In this document: positions 34,072 to 48,000 of the stretch, piece by piece
How the letters are laid out: the number at the start of each line of letters is the position of its first letter
Numbering within the stretch: the first letter of the stretch is position 1
From: Cyanophora paradoxa CCMP329
Taxonomy: Eukaryota > Plantae > Glaucophyta
Assembly: GCA_004431415.1 (NCBI GenBank)
Contig: QPMI01000040.1
Span: 452,322 to 516,321, forward strand
Length of the DNA stretch: 64,000 bases
Direction: 5' to 3'
Position numbers and translations under genes: made by a program
Notes under the pieces: generated by a model
Told to the model about the DNA's origin: nothing
What the model saw: the letters and a program-made list of their open reading frames with translations, nothing else
Databases searched by the model: none

Positions 34072-34849
34072 GGTTGCTGGACGCAGAAAAAATCAATCGT
34101 CACGCTCGCGATCGGAGGTCGTGGAATCAAGAATGCAGGCTCCTGCGTGTCGGTCGCGCAGTTTTGAAAACATTTCCGCGGAGCAGCGGCGCGGCTCAAA
34201 GCAGGACAGGAAGAGGGGCTTCTGACACCGACAGCAAGGGGAAGAGGGGCTTCCGTAACGATCCAATGCGCCGGGGAGGCGATTCAAGCATTTTGGCCAA
34301 AAATTTAAATTTTCGGCGCCAAAATTCCGCGCGCGCGGCCAGGGGGCCGCGCTGACATCCTACATGCACTAGCACCCCATTTCTCCCCGCGTGGCGGCGC
34401 GCTAGCGTACCTTTCCGGACCGCCTGCTCTTTTTCCCGGGTACCGGAATCACCGAAATTCGTATATTTGAAGACACGTACTACCCCATTTCATAATTAGA
34501 CCCTGGGGAGCACGATGGTCCGGCCCGTTTTCCTATGAGAGGCCTCTAATGGGCAGTAACAGCACGTCGAAAAGCACAGAAAAGCATTTTCCCGGAAAAA
34601 AAATAGAAAGCGCAAATCACATTGGCCTTCCAAGTCGAAATTTGAAAATTAATAATTTGAAGAGACCGCACCCCATTCGCTAGGAAATAGTCTCCAAATT
34701 AACGGAGCGCCATCTGGCCGGCCAGCAAATTTGTATGAGTCAGGGTCATTGTGTGCCACGAGGTGGGTTTTAAATATACTTAATGCGTTAGTTGAAAGAT
34801 TATCAAAATAAACAATTTAGACAGAGCCTTATTACTGCGAAAAACATTC

Positions 34850-35483
34850 TTTTTTTTTTTTGAGAGACTACGGTGGGGCGAACCCCCCGTAGGTAGTAAT
34901 ATTAGGGACAACAAAGCAATCACAAATCAAAGAAACAGGAAACTAGCACAAAATACAGAATCAAGAGGGATCACGAGAAGGGACACGATCAGAAGAACGC
35001 AAAAGATAAGGAGAACGAGCACGAGGAGAAGGAGTAGAAGAGCTCAGGGACGTCGACGCAGAAGTACTAGTCACACTACGAGGAGCACGGGGACGCAGCG
35101 AATAAGGAGAACGAGCACGAGGAACTACAGTCGAAGACGAAGATCTAGACGAAGACGACAAGACAGAGCTAACAGCAGAACTAGAAGACGTAGTCGCAGG
35201 AGGCAGATCGAGAGGTGGCAGAACAGTAGGAGAGGCGAAACGTAGGACACCACTAGAGGGGAGAATCAAAGCTGGCGGAGTGTCTAAACGGAATCGAGGT
35301 TGTATAGTTGGTACTACGGTAAAACAATGGACGGCTGAAGACTAATCTGAGGAACTGGGGACGACACGAGGAAAGGGGCAGAACTCGGATTCAGACTCGG
35401 AATCGGCAGTATAAGAGGAGGGGCGAAACGCAAGCCAGTAGTGACAGGGAAGGCAGACGATGGGGCTGAACCAGGCGGGAGAG
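34850..35483 (-). mobile_element. 5'-truncated non-LTR retro-insertion (3' fragment with poly(A))
   Basis: T12 at 34850-34861; stem-loop CTACGG(T)GGGG-CGAA-CCCCCCGTAG next to it; strongly purine-skewed body; residual ORF with RSPYSLRPR; candidate 6-bp TSD ACATTC at 34844-34849 and 35484-35489. Confidence 0.6.
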
Positions 35484-35867
35484 ACATTCAAATGATTCAT
35501 AGATAATTATTAACCACCTCCAAAAATTAAAGCGCCGAAAGTTGTTTTCATTCAGCTGAGACGACCAATGGGCCCCTCGGGGCCTGTACTCGGTACAACT
35601 GCGGCCGATTGGGCCGCGCATCGATATCTGTACCCTTGCGGCACAACTCTGTAACCTCTCACTTGAGTGTGAGTTGCATGCCCGTGGCCATGGCTGCGAA
35701 TGAACATGCAGTTGCATACTAGTTCTTTGATCACAATTTGGATCACAAGGAATCAAAATCTTCGCAATAAACAAATCCTAGGCGTTCTGCGAAGAACTAC
35801 TATATATAGCTAACTACGTATACTATACACTAGCACTAAAATAAGATGGACCAGTTGTAACTGCCAC

Positions 35868-35911
35868 GTACTTAAATTCTAGCTCTGCAGTACTTAAATT
35901 CTAGCTCTGCA
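35868..35911. repeat. Perfect 22-bp tandem duplication (GTACTTAAATTCTAGCTCTGCA x2)
   Basis: Directly visible, just downstream of the giant gene's stop codon. Confidence 0.85.
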
Positions 35912-36005
35912 TAGAAAGATGGGGAATGTGCGCAAATAGCAGAAGTACAATAGTAGATAGAATCAATAAGATTTAACTAAATGATAGCCTCAGCGTCTCG
36001 GACGC

Positions 36006-39000
36006 TCAGCGACGGAGGGGTACCTCTGCTTTCGGCATAGTCGTGCAGAACCACGTCACTGAGGGGTGTGCAACACAGATGCACATTGCGGTCGATGCGC
36101 TGCCTGCCGGGATCCGTGCCACAGGGCCGCCGCTATCAGAGATTCTCGTTTCTTTAGTGCAGGATCTAGCCGAGGCAACAGAGAGGTCAATACATCGAAA
36201 ACAGAGAGGATTGCAATCGCAAAGACGCACGACGACGATACGACGATATACGCGATGTACCCAGCCCCACTCTCTGTGCACTGCGGAAGGTACACGTTGT
36301 AGACTGACGTAGTACCGCTGCAGTTGACGGCGATGATGTTCTTGTGCGTGCTGTACGGCGTGCTGGCCGCAATACTGTAGGTCGTAGCGGCGTTCCCAGT
36401 GTACGATAGCTTGCCTGCAAGAGCATTCATATTAGAGCGATGCAGACATGCGAGAAATCAGCTCGAAGACGCACTCAGATAAACCGTGCCGTCCGAGGCC
36501 GAAACAGTGAACTTGTTTGTTCCAACATTCACTCCCCCGTACGAATTGATGAGCCCGGTGACTGCTTGAGCGCCTGTGATGGATGCCGCGCCAGTCACAC
36601 CCAGAGTTCCTGTGATCAACGTGCTGCCCGTTTCGTCGACTGTAAATCGGTTTATAGCGCCTGTGGCACCGGAATTGACCACCAGTCCAATGCGCGCAGT
36701 CAGGAGCCCATTGACAGTGACTGCGTCGGAAGCGGTCACTGCGCCCGTGAATGTCGAGGCACTCGTAACTTTGAGCGTTCCTGCAGCTTCAACGTTTCCG
36801 GACGCGTCGACTGTGAACATCGTTCCCATCACAGTGACACCGCCGTTAGCGTTGATCGCGCCCGTGAACGTCGACACTCCAGTGACGTCGAGGGTGCCTG
36901 AAATGTCGACGGTTCCTGCAGCGTCAACTGAGAACATCGATGTGGCCACGTTGATGCCGCCGTTGGCGTTCAGAAGCGCCGAGCTGGTCGTGGTGCCCGT
37001 GATGCCGAGTGTGCCCGTAACCAACATGTTTCCTGACGCGTCTACGGTGAGCCGGTTCAGCCGAACATTGATCCCGCCAATTGCGTGTAACAATCCCGTC
37101 ATAGTAGCAGTCCCAGTGACGCCGAGAGTTCCCGATACGAGGGCATTGCCCGATCGGTCGACGACGAAGCGGCTCGTCGCAACATTGATGCCTCCGTTAG
37201 CGTTTAGGATGCCAGTCGACGTCGAAGTGCCCGTAACGCCTAGCGTGCCAGAGACGAGCACACTTCCCGAAGAGGACACCGAGAACCTGTTCACAGTGTT
37301 CACAGACACAGCCAGGCCGTCGTTCGCGTTGATGAGGCCAGTCCATGTCGAGGAGCCAGTGACGCCGACGGAGCCCGAAACAAGAAGGGTTCCAGACACG
37401 CCGACATTGCCCGCAGCGTCCACAGTGAACATCGATGTGGCCACGTTGATACCGCCGTCAGCGTTCAGAAGAGCAGAGCTGGTCGTGGTGCCCGTGATGC
37501 CAAGTGTGCCCGTGATCAGCGTATTGCCCGACATGTCAATAGTGAGCTGGTCCAGGCGCACGTTGATCCCGCCGTTCGCGTTCAGCAGACCTGCGCTTGA
37601 GGCCGTGCCGCTCACGCTCGCCGAGCCCAGCACCGTCAGCAGGCCCGTCATGGTCGCGGTCCCAGTCACTCCGATGGTGCCGGAGACGAGGGTGTTGCCC
37701 GAGGCATCAACGACGAATCTGTTCGACCGAACATTGATCCCTCCATTCGCGTTGAGCAGGCCAGTCAAAGTCTGAGTGCCAGTCACGCCCAAGGTGCCAG
37801 CGACGAGAACACTGCCTGAAGACGTGACCACGAACTTGTTCGCCGCCACATTCAGCCCGCCGTTCGCGTTCACGAGGCCAGTCCATGTCGAGGAGCCAGT
37901 GACGCCGACGGAGCCCGAAACAGAGAGAGTTCCAGACACGCCGACATTGCCCGCAGCGTCCACAGTGAACATCGATGTGGCCACGTTTATGCCCCCGTCA
38001 GCGTTCAGGAGTGCCGTGCTGGTCGTGGTGCCCGTGATGCCAAGCGTGCCCGTGATCAGCGTATTGCCCGACATATCGACGGTGAGCTGGTCCAAGCGCA
38101 CGTTGATCCCGCCGTTCGCGTTCAGCAGCCCCGTCATGGTCGCGGTCCCAGTCACTCCGATGGTGCCGGAGACGAGGGTGTTGCCCGAGGCGTCGATACT
38201 CAACTGGTTCCATCGAACATTCAATCCCCCGTTCGCGTTGAGCAGGCCCGTCATGGTCGCAGTCCCAGTCACTCCGATGGTGCCGGAGACGAGGGTGTTG
38301 CCCGAGGCATCAACGACGAATCTGTTCGACCGAACATTGATCCCTCCATTCGCGTTGAGCAGGCCAGTCAAAGTCTGAGTGCCAGTCACGCCCAAGGTGC
38401 CAGCGACGAGAACACTGCCTGAAGACGTGACCACGAACTTGTTCGCCGCCACATTCAGCCCGCCGTTCGCGTTCACGAGGCCAGTCCATGTCGAGGAGCC
38501 AGTGACGCCGACGGAGCCCGAAACAGAGAGAGTTCCAGACACGCCGACATTGCCCGCAGCGTCCACAGTGAACATCGATGTGGCCACGTTGATACCGCCG
38601 TCAGCGTTCAGGAGTGCCGTGCTGGTCGTAGTGCCCGTGATGCCAAGCGTGCCCGTGATCAGCGTATTGCCCGACATGTCAATAGTGAGCTGGTCCAAGC
38701 GCACGTTGATCCCGCCATTCGCGTTCAGCAGCCCCGACATGGTCGCAGTCCCAGTCACTCCGATGGTGCCGGAGACGAGGGTGTTGCCCGAGGCGTCGAT
38801 ACTCAATTGGTTCCATCGAACATTCAATCCCCCGTTCGCGTTGAGCAGGCCAGTCGATGTTAAAGTACCAGTTATGCGAAGAACCCCAGTAACCAGAGCG
38901 TTGCCAGAGGAATCCACGACGAACTTGTTGGATCGAACATTGAAACCGCCAAGAGCATTAAGCAAGCCTGTAGACGTCATTGTCCCCGATATCCCGACCA

Positions 39001-42000
39001 TTCCTGTCGCCAGCACGTTGCCCGAGATGTCGACGCTGAGTCTGTTGGAGAGCACGTTCAGCCCGCCATTCGCATTCATCAGGCCTGCGCTGGTGGTGGT
39101 TCCGCTCACGCTCGCCGAGCCCAGCACCGTTAGCAAGCCCGTGCTCGTCACTGTGCCCGTCACTCCCAGGGCGCCCGTAGCCAGCACGTTCCCTGAGGCG
39201 TCCACCACGAACTTGTTCGCGCCTACTGCGAGGCCTCCATCCATGGAGAACGAGCCCAGCAGAGAAAGGAGCCCCGTGCTTGTCACCGTGCCCGTCACAC
39301 CCAGGGATCCGGTCACGAGTGCGTTACCCGAGATGTCGACCGCGAAACGGTTCGCCAGCACGTTCAGCCCGCCGTTCGCGTTCACAAGGCCCGCGCTGGT
39401 GGTGGTTCCGCTCACGCTCGCCGAGCCCAGCACCGTCAGCAGGCCCGTGCTCGTCACCGTGCCCGTCACGCCCAGCGACCCAGTCACAAGCGCGTTGCCC
39501 GAGATGTCGACCGCGAAACGGTTCGACAGCACGTTCAGCCCGCCGTTCGCGTTCACAAGGCCCGCGCTGGTGGTGGTTCCGCTAACGCTCGCCGAGCCCA
39601 GCACCGTCAGCAGGCCCGTGCTGGTCACTGTGCCCGTCACTCCCAGGGCGCCCGTAGCCAGCACGTTCCCTGAGGCGTCCACCACGAACTTGTTCGTGCC
39701 TACTGCGAGGCCTCCATCCATGGAGAACGAGCCCAGCAGAGAAAGGAGCCCCGTGCTCGTCACCGTGCCCGTCACGCCCAGCGACCCAGTCACAAGCGCA
39801 TTGCCCGAGATGTCGACTGCGAAACGGTTCGACAGCACGTTCAGCCCGCCGTTCGCGTTCACAAGGCCTGCGCTGGTGGTGGTTCCGCTCACGCTCGCCG
39901 AGCCCAGCACCGTCAGCAGGCCCGTGCTGGTCACCGTGCCCGTCACTCCCAGGGCGCCCGTAGCCAGCACGTTCCCTGAGGCGTCCACCACGAACTTGTT
40001 TGTGCCTACTGCGAGGCCTCCATCCATGGAGAACGAGCCCAGCAGAGAAAGGAGCCCCGTGCTTGTCACCGTGCCCGTCACACCCAGGGATCCGGTCACG
40101 AGTGCGTTACCCGAGATGTCGACCGCGAAACGGTTCGCCAGCACGTTCAGCCCGCCGTTTGCGTTCACAAGGCCCGCGCTGGTGGTGGTTCCGCTCACGC
40201 TCGCCGAGCCCAGCACCGTCAGCAGGCCCGTGCTGGTTACTGTGCCCGTCACGCCCAGCGACCCAGTCACAAGCGCGTTACCCGAGATGTCGACCGCGAA
40301 ACGGTTCGCCAGCACGTTCAGCCCGCCGTTTGCGTTCACAAGGCCTGCGCTGGTGGTGGTTCCGCTCACGCTCGCCGAGCCCAGCACCGTCAGCAGGCCC
40401 GTGCTCGTCACCGTGCCCGTCACGCCCAGCGACCCAGTCACAAGCGCGTTGCCCGAGATGTCGACCGCGAAACGGTTCGACAGCACATTCAGCCCCCCGT
40501 TTGCGTTCACAAGGCCCGCGCTGGTGGTGGTTCCGCTCACGCTCGCCGAGCCCAGCACCGTCAGAAGGCCCGTGCTGGTCACTGTGCCCGTCACTCCCAG
40601 GGCGCCCGTAGCCAGCACGTTCCCTGAGGCGTCCACCACGAACTTGTTCGTGCCTACTGCGAGGCCTCCATCCATGGAGAACGAGCCCAGCAGAGAAAGG
40701 AGCCCCGTGCTTGTCACCGTGCCCGTCACACCCAGGGATCCGGTCACGAGTGCGTTACCCGAGGCGTCGACCGCGAAACGGTTCGCCAGCACGTTCAGCC
40801 CGCCGTTTGCGTTCACAAGGCCCGCGCTGGTGGTGGTTCCGCTCACGCTCGCCGAGCCCAGCACCGTCAGCAGGCCCGTGCTGGTTACCGTGCCCGTCAC
40901 GCCCAGCGACCCAGTCACAAGCGCGTTGCCCGAGATGTCAACCGCGAAACGGTTCGACAGCACATTCAGCCCCCCGTTTGCGTTCACAAGGCCCGCGCTG
41001 GTGGTGGTTCCGCTCACGCTCGCCGAGCCCAGCACCGTCAGCAGGCCCGTGCTGGTAACCGTGCCCGTCACGCCCAGCGACCCAGTCACAAGCGCGTTGC
41101 CCGAGATGTCGACTGCGAAACGGTTCGACAGCACATTCAGCCCGCCGTTCGCGTTCACAAGGCCTGCGCTGGTGGTGGTTCCGCTCACGCTCGCCGAGCC
41201 CAGCACCGTCAGAAGGCCCGTGCTGGTCACTGTGCCCGTCACTCCCAGGGCGCCCGTAGCCAGCACGTTCCCTGAGGCGTCCACCACGAACTTGTTCGTG
41301 CCTACTGCGAGGCCTCCATCCATGGAGAACGAGCCCAGCAGAGAAAGGAGCCCCGTGCTTGTCACCGTGCCCGTCACACCCAGGGATCCGGTCACGAGTG
41401 CGTTACCCGAGATGTCGACCGCGAAACGGTTCGCCAGCACGTTCAGCCCGCCGTTTGCGTTCACAAGGCCCGCGCTGGTGGTGGTTCCGCTCACGCTCGC
41501 CGAGCCCAGCACCGTCAGTAGGCCCGTGCTGGTTACCGTGCCCGTCACGCCCAGCGACCCAGTCACAAGCGCGTTGCCCGAGATGTCAACCGCGAAACGG
41601 TTCGACAGCACATTCAGCCCCCCGTTTGCGTTCACAATGCCTGCGCTGGTGGTGGTTCCGCTCACGCTCGCCGAGCCCAGCACCGTCAGCAGGCCCGTGC
41701 TGGTAACCGTGCCCGTCACGCCCAGGGCGCCCGTAGCCAGCACGTTCCCTGAGGCGTCCACCACGAACTTGTTCGTGCCTACTGCGAGGCCTCCATCCAT
41801 GGAGAACGAGCCCAGCAGAGAAAGGAGCCCCGTGCTTGTCACCGTGCCCGTAACACCCAGGGATCCGGTCACGAGTGCGTTACCCGAGGCGTCGACCGCG
41901 AAACGGTTCGCCAGCACGTTCAGCCCGCCGTTCGCGTTCACCAGGCCCGCGCTGGTGGTGGTTCCGCTCACGCTCGCCGAGCCCAGCACCGTCAGCAGGC

Positions 42001-45000
42001 CCGTGCTCGTCACCGTGCCCGTCACGCCCAGCGACCCAGTCACAAGCGCGTTGCCCGAGATGTCAACCGCGAAACGGTTCGACAGCACATTCAGCCCGCC
42101 ATTCGCGTTCACAAGGCCTGCGCTGGTGGTGGTTCCGCTCACGCTCGCCGAGCCCAGCACCGTCAGAAGGCCCGTGCTGGTCACTGTGCCCGTCACTCCC
42201 AGGGCGCCCGTAGCCAGCACGTTCCCTGAGGCGTCCACCACGAACTTGTTCGTGCCTACTGCGAGGCCTCCATCCATGGAGAACGAGCCCAGCAGAGAAA
42301 GGAGCCCCGTGCTTGTCACCGTGCCCGTCACACCCAGGGATCCGGTCACGAGTGCGTTACCCGAGATGTCGACCGCGAAACGGTTCGCCAGCACGTTCAG
42401 CCCGCCGTTTGCGTTCACAAGGCCCGCGCTGGTGGTGGTTCCGCTCACGCTCGCCGAGCCCAGCACCGTCAGCAGGCCCGTGCTGGTTACCGTGCCCGTC
42501 ACGCCCAGCGACCCAGTCACAAGCGCGTTGCCCGAGATGTCAACCGCGAAACGGTTCGACAGCACATTCAGCCCCCCGTTTGCGTTCACAAGGCCTGCGC
42601 TGGTGGTGGTTCCGCTCACGCTCGCCGAGCCCAGCACCGTCAGCAGGCCCGTGCTCGTCACCGTGCCCGTCACGCCCAGGGCGCCCGTAGCCAGCACGTT
42701 CCCTGAGGCGTCCACCACGAACTTGTTCGTGCCTACTGCGAGGCCTCCATCCATGGAGAACGAGCCCAGCAGAGAAAGGAGCCCCGTGCTTGTCACCGTG
42801 CCCGTAACACCCAGGGATCCGGTCACGAGTGCGTTACCCGAGATGTCGACCGCGAAACGGTTCGCCAGCACGTTCAGCCCGCCGTTCGCGTTCACCAGGC
42901 CCGCGCCGGTGGTGGTTCCGCTCACGCTCGCCGAACCCAGCACCGTCAGCAGGCCCGTGCTCGTCACCGTGCCCGTCACGCCCAGCGACCCAGTCAAAAG
43001 CGCGTTGCCCGAGATGTCAACCGCGAAACGGTTCGACAGCACATTCAGCCCCCCGTTTGCGTTCACCAGGCCCGCGCTGGTGGTGGTTCCGCTCACGCTC
43101 GCCGAGCCCAGCACCGTCAGCAGGCCCGTGCTGGTAACCGTGCCCGTCACGCCCAGCGACCCAGTCACAAGCGCGTTGCCCGAGATATCGACCGCGAAAC
43201 GGTTCGACAGCACATTCAGCCCGCCGTTTGCGTTCACAAGGCCTGCGCTGGTGGTGGTTCCGCTCACGCTCGCCGAGCCCAGCACCGTCAGCAAGCCCGT
43301 GCTGGTCACTGTGCCCGTCACTCCTAGGGCGCCCGTAGCCAGCACATTCCCTGAGGCGTCCACCACGAACTTGTTCGTGCCTACTGCGAGGCCTCCATCC
43401 ACGGAGAACGAGCCCAGCAGAGAAAGGATCCCCGTGCTTGTCACCGTGCCCGTCACACCCAGGGATCCGGTCACGAGTGCGTTACCCGAGATGTCGACCG
43501 CGAAACGGTTCGCCAGCACGTTCAGCCCGCCGTTTGCGTTCACAAGGCCCGCGCTGGTGGTGGTTCCGCTCACGCTCGCCGAGCCCAGCACCGTCAGCAG
43601 GCCCGTGCTGGTAACCGTGCCCGTCACGCCCAGCGACCCAGTCACAAGCACGTTGCCCGAGATGTCAACCGCGAAACGGTTCGACAGCACATTCAGCCCC
43701 CCGTTTGCGTTCACAAGGCCCGCGCTGGTGGTGGTTCCGCTCACGCTTGCCGAGCCCAGCACCGTCAGCAAGCCCGTGCTCGTCACCGTGCCCGTCACGC
43801 CCAGCGACCCAGTCACAAGCGCGTTGCCCGAGATGTCAACCGCGAAACGGTTCGACAGCACATTCAGCCCGCCGTTTGCGTTCACAAGGCCCGCGCTGGT
43901 GGTGGTTCCGCTCACGCTCGCCGAGCCCAGCACCGTCAGCAGGCCCGTGCTCGTCACCGTGCCCGTCACGCCCAGCGACCCAGTCACAAGCATGTTGCCC
44001 GAGATGTCGACTGCGAAACGGTTCGACAGCACGTTCAGCCCGCCGTTCGCATTCACAAGGCCTGTGCTGGTGGTGGTTCCGCTAACGCTCGCCGAGCCCA
44101 GCACCGTTAGCAAGCCCGTGCTGGTCACTGTGCCCGTCACTCCCAGGGCGCCCGTAGCCAGCACGTTCCCTGAGGCGTCCACCACGAACTTGTTCGTGCC
44201 TACTGCGAGGCCTCCATCCATGGAGAACGAGCCCAGCAGAGAAAGGAGCCCCGTGCTTGTCACCGTGCCCGTCACACCCAGGGATCCGGTCACGAGTGCG
44301 TTACCCGAGATGTCGACCGCGAAACGGTTCGCAAGCACGTTCAGCCCGCCGTTTGCGTTCACCAGGCCCACGCTGGTGGTGGTTCCGCTCACGCTCGCCG
44401 AGCCCAGCACCGTCAGCAGGCCCGTGCTCGTCACCGTGCCCGTCACGCCCAGCGACCCAGTCAAAAGCGCGTTGCCCGAGATGTCAACCGCGAAACGGTT
44501 CGACAGCACGTTCAGCCCGCCGTTCGCGTGCACCAGGCCCGCGCTGGTGGTGGTTCCGCTCACGCTCGCCGAGCCCAGCACCGTCAGCAGGCCCGTGCTC
44601 GTCACCGTGCCCGTCACGCCCAGCGACCCAGTCACAAGCGCGTTGCCCGAGATGTCGACTGCGAAACGGTTCGACAGCACGTTCAGCCCGCCGTTCGCGT
44701 TCACAAGGCCCACGCTGGTGGTGGTTCCGCTTACGCTCGCCGAGCCCAGCACCGTCAGCAGGCCCGTGCTGGTCACCGTGCCCGTCACTCCCAGAGCGCC
44801 CGTAGCCAGCACGTTCCCTGAGGCGTCCACCACGAACTTGTTCGTGCCTACTGCGAGGCCTCCATCCATGGAGAACGAGCCCAGCAGAGAAAGGAGCCCC
44901 GTGCTTGTCACCGTGCCCGTCACACCCAGGGATCCGGTCACCAGCGCATTGCCCGAGGCGTCAACCGCGAAACGGTTCGCCAGCACGTTCAGCCCGCCGT

Positions 45001-48000
45001 TTGCGTTCACAAGGCCCGCGCTGGTGGTGGTTCCGCTCACGCTCGCCGAGCCCAGCACCGTCAGCAGGCCCGTGCTGGTTACCGTGCCCGTCACTCCCAG
45101 GGCGCCCGTAGCCAGCACGTTCCCTGAGGCGTCCACCACGAACTTGTTCGTGCCCACCGCGAGCCCTCCTTCCATCGAGAACGAGCCCAGCAGCGAGAGG
45201 AGGCCCGTGCTCGTCACAGTGCCCGTCACGCCCAGCAATCCGGTCACCAGCGCATTGCCCGAGGCGTCGACCGCGAAACGGTTCGACAGCACGTTCAGCC
45301 CGCCGTTTGCGTTCACAAGGCCCGCGCTGGTGGTGGTTCCGCTCACGCTCGCCGAGCCCAGCACCGTCAGCAGGCCCGTGCTGGTTACCGTGCCCGTCAC
45401 GCCCAGCGACCCCGTCGCAACGGCGTTGCCCGACATGTCCACCACGAACTGATTCCACCTCACGTTCAGCCCGCCGTTTGCGTTCACAAGGCCCGCGCTG
45501 GTGGTGGTTCCGCTCACGCTCGCCGAGCCCAGCACCGTCAGCAGGCCCGTGCTGGTAACCGTGCCCGTCACGCCCAGCGACCCAGTCACAAGCGCGTTGC
45601 CCGAGATGTCGACCGCGAAACGGTTCGACAGCACATTCAGCCCCCCGTTTGCGTTCACGAGGCCCGCGCTGGTGGTGGTTCCGCTCACGCTCGCCGAGCC
45701 CAGCACCGTCAGCAAGCCCGTGCTCGTCACCGTGCCCGTCACGCCCAGCGACCCTGTCACAAGCGCGTTGCCCGAGATGTCAACCGCGAAACGGTTCGAC
45801 AGCACATTCAGCCCGCCGTTTGCGTTCACAAGGCCCGCGCTGGTGGTGGTTCCGCTCACGCTCGCCGAGCCCAGCACCGTCAGCAGGCCCGTGCTCGTCA
45901 CCGTGCCCGTCACGCCCAGCGACCCAGTCACAAGCGTGTTGCCCGAGATGTCGACTGCGAAACGGTTCGACAGCACGTTCAGCCCGCCGTTCGCGTTCAC
46001 AAGGCCTGCGCTGGTGGTGGTTCCGCTAACGCTCGCCGAGCCCAGCACCGTTAGCAGGCCCGTGCTGGTCACTGTGCCCGTCACTCCCAGGGCGCCCGTA
46101 GCCAGCACGTTCCCTGAGGCGTCCACCACGAACTTGTTCGTGCCTACTGCGAGGCCTCCATCCATGGAGAACGAGCCCAGCAGAGAAAGGAGCCCCGTGC
46201 TTGTCACCGTGCCCGTCACACCCAGGGATCCGGTCACGAGTGCGTTACCCGAGATGTCGACCGCGAAACGGTTCGCAAGCACGTTCAGCCCGCCGTTTGC
46301 GTTCACAAGGCCCACGCTGGTGGTGGTTCCGCTCACGCTCGCCGAGCCCAGCACCGTCAGCAGGCCCGTGCTCGTCACCGTGCCCGTCACGCCCAGCGAC
46401 CCAGTCAAAAGCGCGTTGCCCGAGATGTCAACCGCGAAACGGTTCGACAGCACGTTCAGCCCGCCGTTCGCGTGCACCAGGCCCGCGCTGGTGGTGGTTC
46501 CGCTCACGCTCGCCGAGCCCAGCACCGTCAGCAGGCCCGTGCTCGTCACCGTGCCCGTCACGCCCAGCGACCCAGTCACAAGCGCGTTGCCCGAGATGTC
46601 GACTGCGAAACGGTTCGACAGCACGTTCAGCCCGCCGTTCGCGTTCACAAGGCCCACGCTGGTGGTGGTTCCGCTCACGCTCGCCGAGCCCAGCACCGTC
46701 AGCAGGCCCGTGCTGGTCACCGTGCCCGTCACTCCCAGAGCGCCCGTAGCCAGCACGTTCCCTGAGGCGTCCACCACGAACTTGTTCGTGCCTACTGCGA
46801 GGCCTCCATCCATGGAGAACGAGCCCAGCAGAGAAAGGAGCCCCGTGCTTGTCACCGTGCCCGTCACACCCAGGGATCCGGTCACCAGCGCATTGCCTGA
46901 GGCGTCAACCGCGAAACGGTTCGCCAGCACGTTCAGCCCGCCGTTTGCGTTCACAAGGCCCGCGCTGGTGGTGGTTCCGCTCACGCTCGCCGAGCCCAGC
47001 ACCGTCAGCAGGCCCGTGCTGGTTACCGTGCCCGTCACTCCCAGGGCGCCCGTAGCCAGCACGTTCCCTGAGGCGTCCACCACGAACTTGTTCGTGCCCA
47101 CCGCGAGCCCTCCTTCCATCGAGAACGAGCCCAGCAGCGAGAGGAGGCCCGTGCTCGTCACAGTGCCCGTCACGCCCAGCGATCCGGTCACGAGTGCGTT
47201 GCCTGAGGCGTCGACCGCGAAACGGTTCGACAGCACGTTCAGCCCGCCGTTCGCGTTCACCAGGCCCGCGCTGATGGTGGTCCCCGCCACGCTCGCCGAG
47301 CCCAGCACCGTCAGCAGGCCCGTGCTCGTCACCGTGCCCGTCACGCCCAGCGACCCCGTCGCAACGGCGTTGCCCGACATGTCCACCACGAACTGATTCC
47401 ACCTCACGTTCAGCCCGCCATTCGCGTTCAGCAGCCCCGTCGACGTCAGCGTGCCCGTCACCCCGACCATGCCTGTCGCCAGCGCGTTGCCCGAGATATC
47501 GACCGCGAAACGGTTCGACAGCACGTTCAGCCCGCCGTTTGCGTTCACCAGGCCCGCGCTTGACGTCGTCCCGCTCACGCTCGCCGAGCCCAGCACCGTC
47601 AGCAGGCCCGTGCTCGTCACCGTGCCCGTCACTCCCAGGGCGCCCGTAGCCAGCACGTTCCCTGAGGCGTCCACCACGAACTTGTTCGTGCCCACCGCGA
47701 GCCCTCCTTCCATCGAGAACGAGCCCAGCAGCGAGAGGAGGCCCGTGCTCGTCACAGTGCCCGTCACGCCCAGCGATCCGGTCACCAGCGCATTGCCCGA
47801 GGCGTCGACCGCGAAACGGTTCGACAGCACGTTCAGCCCGCCGTTCGCGTTCACCAGGCCCGCGCTGGTGGTGGTCCCCGCCACGCTCGCCGAGCCCAGC
47901 ACCGTCAGCAGGCCCGTGCTCGTCACAGTGCCCGTCACGCCCAGCGACCCCGTCGCAAGCGCGTTGCCCGACATGTCCACCACGAACTGATTCCACCTCA

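Noticed and set aside
36056-36430. Stand-alone 124-aa ORF with a hydrophobic segment
   Set aside because: It is the penultimate exon of the giant gene; the apparent TM stretch is read-through into intron 36166-36230.
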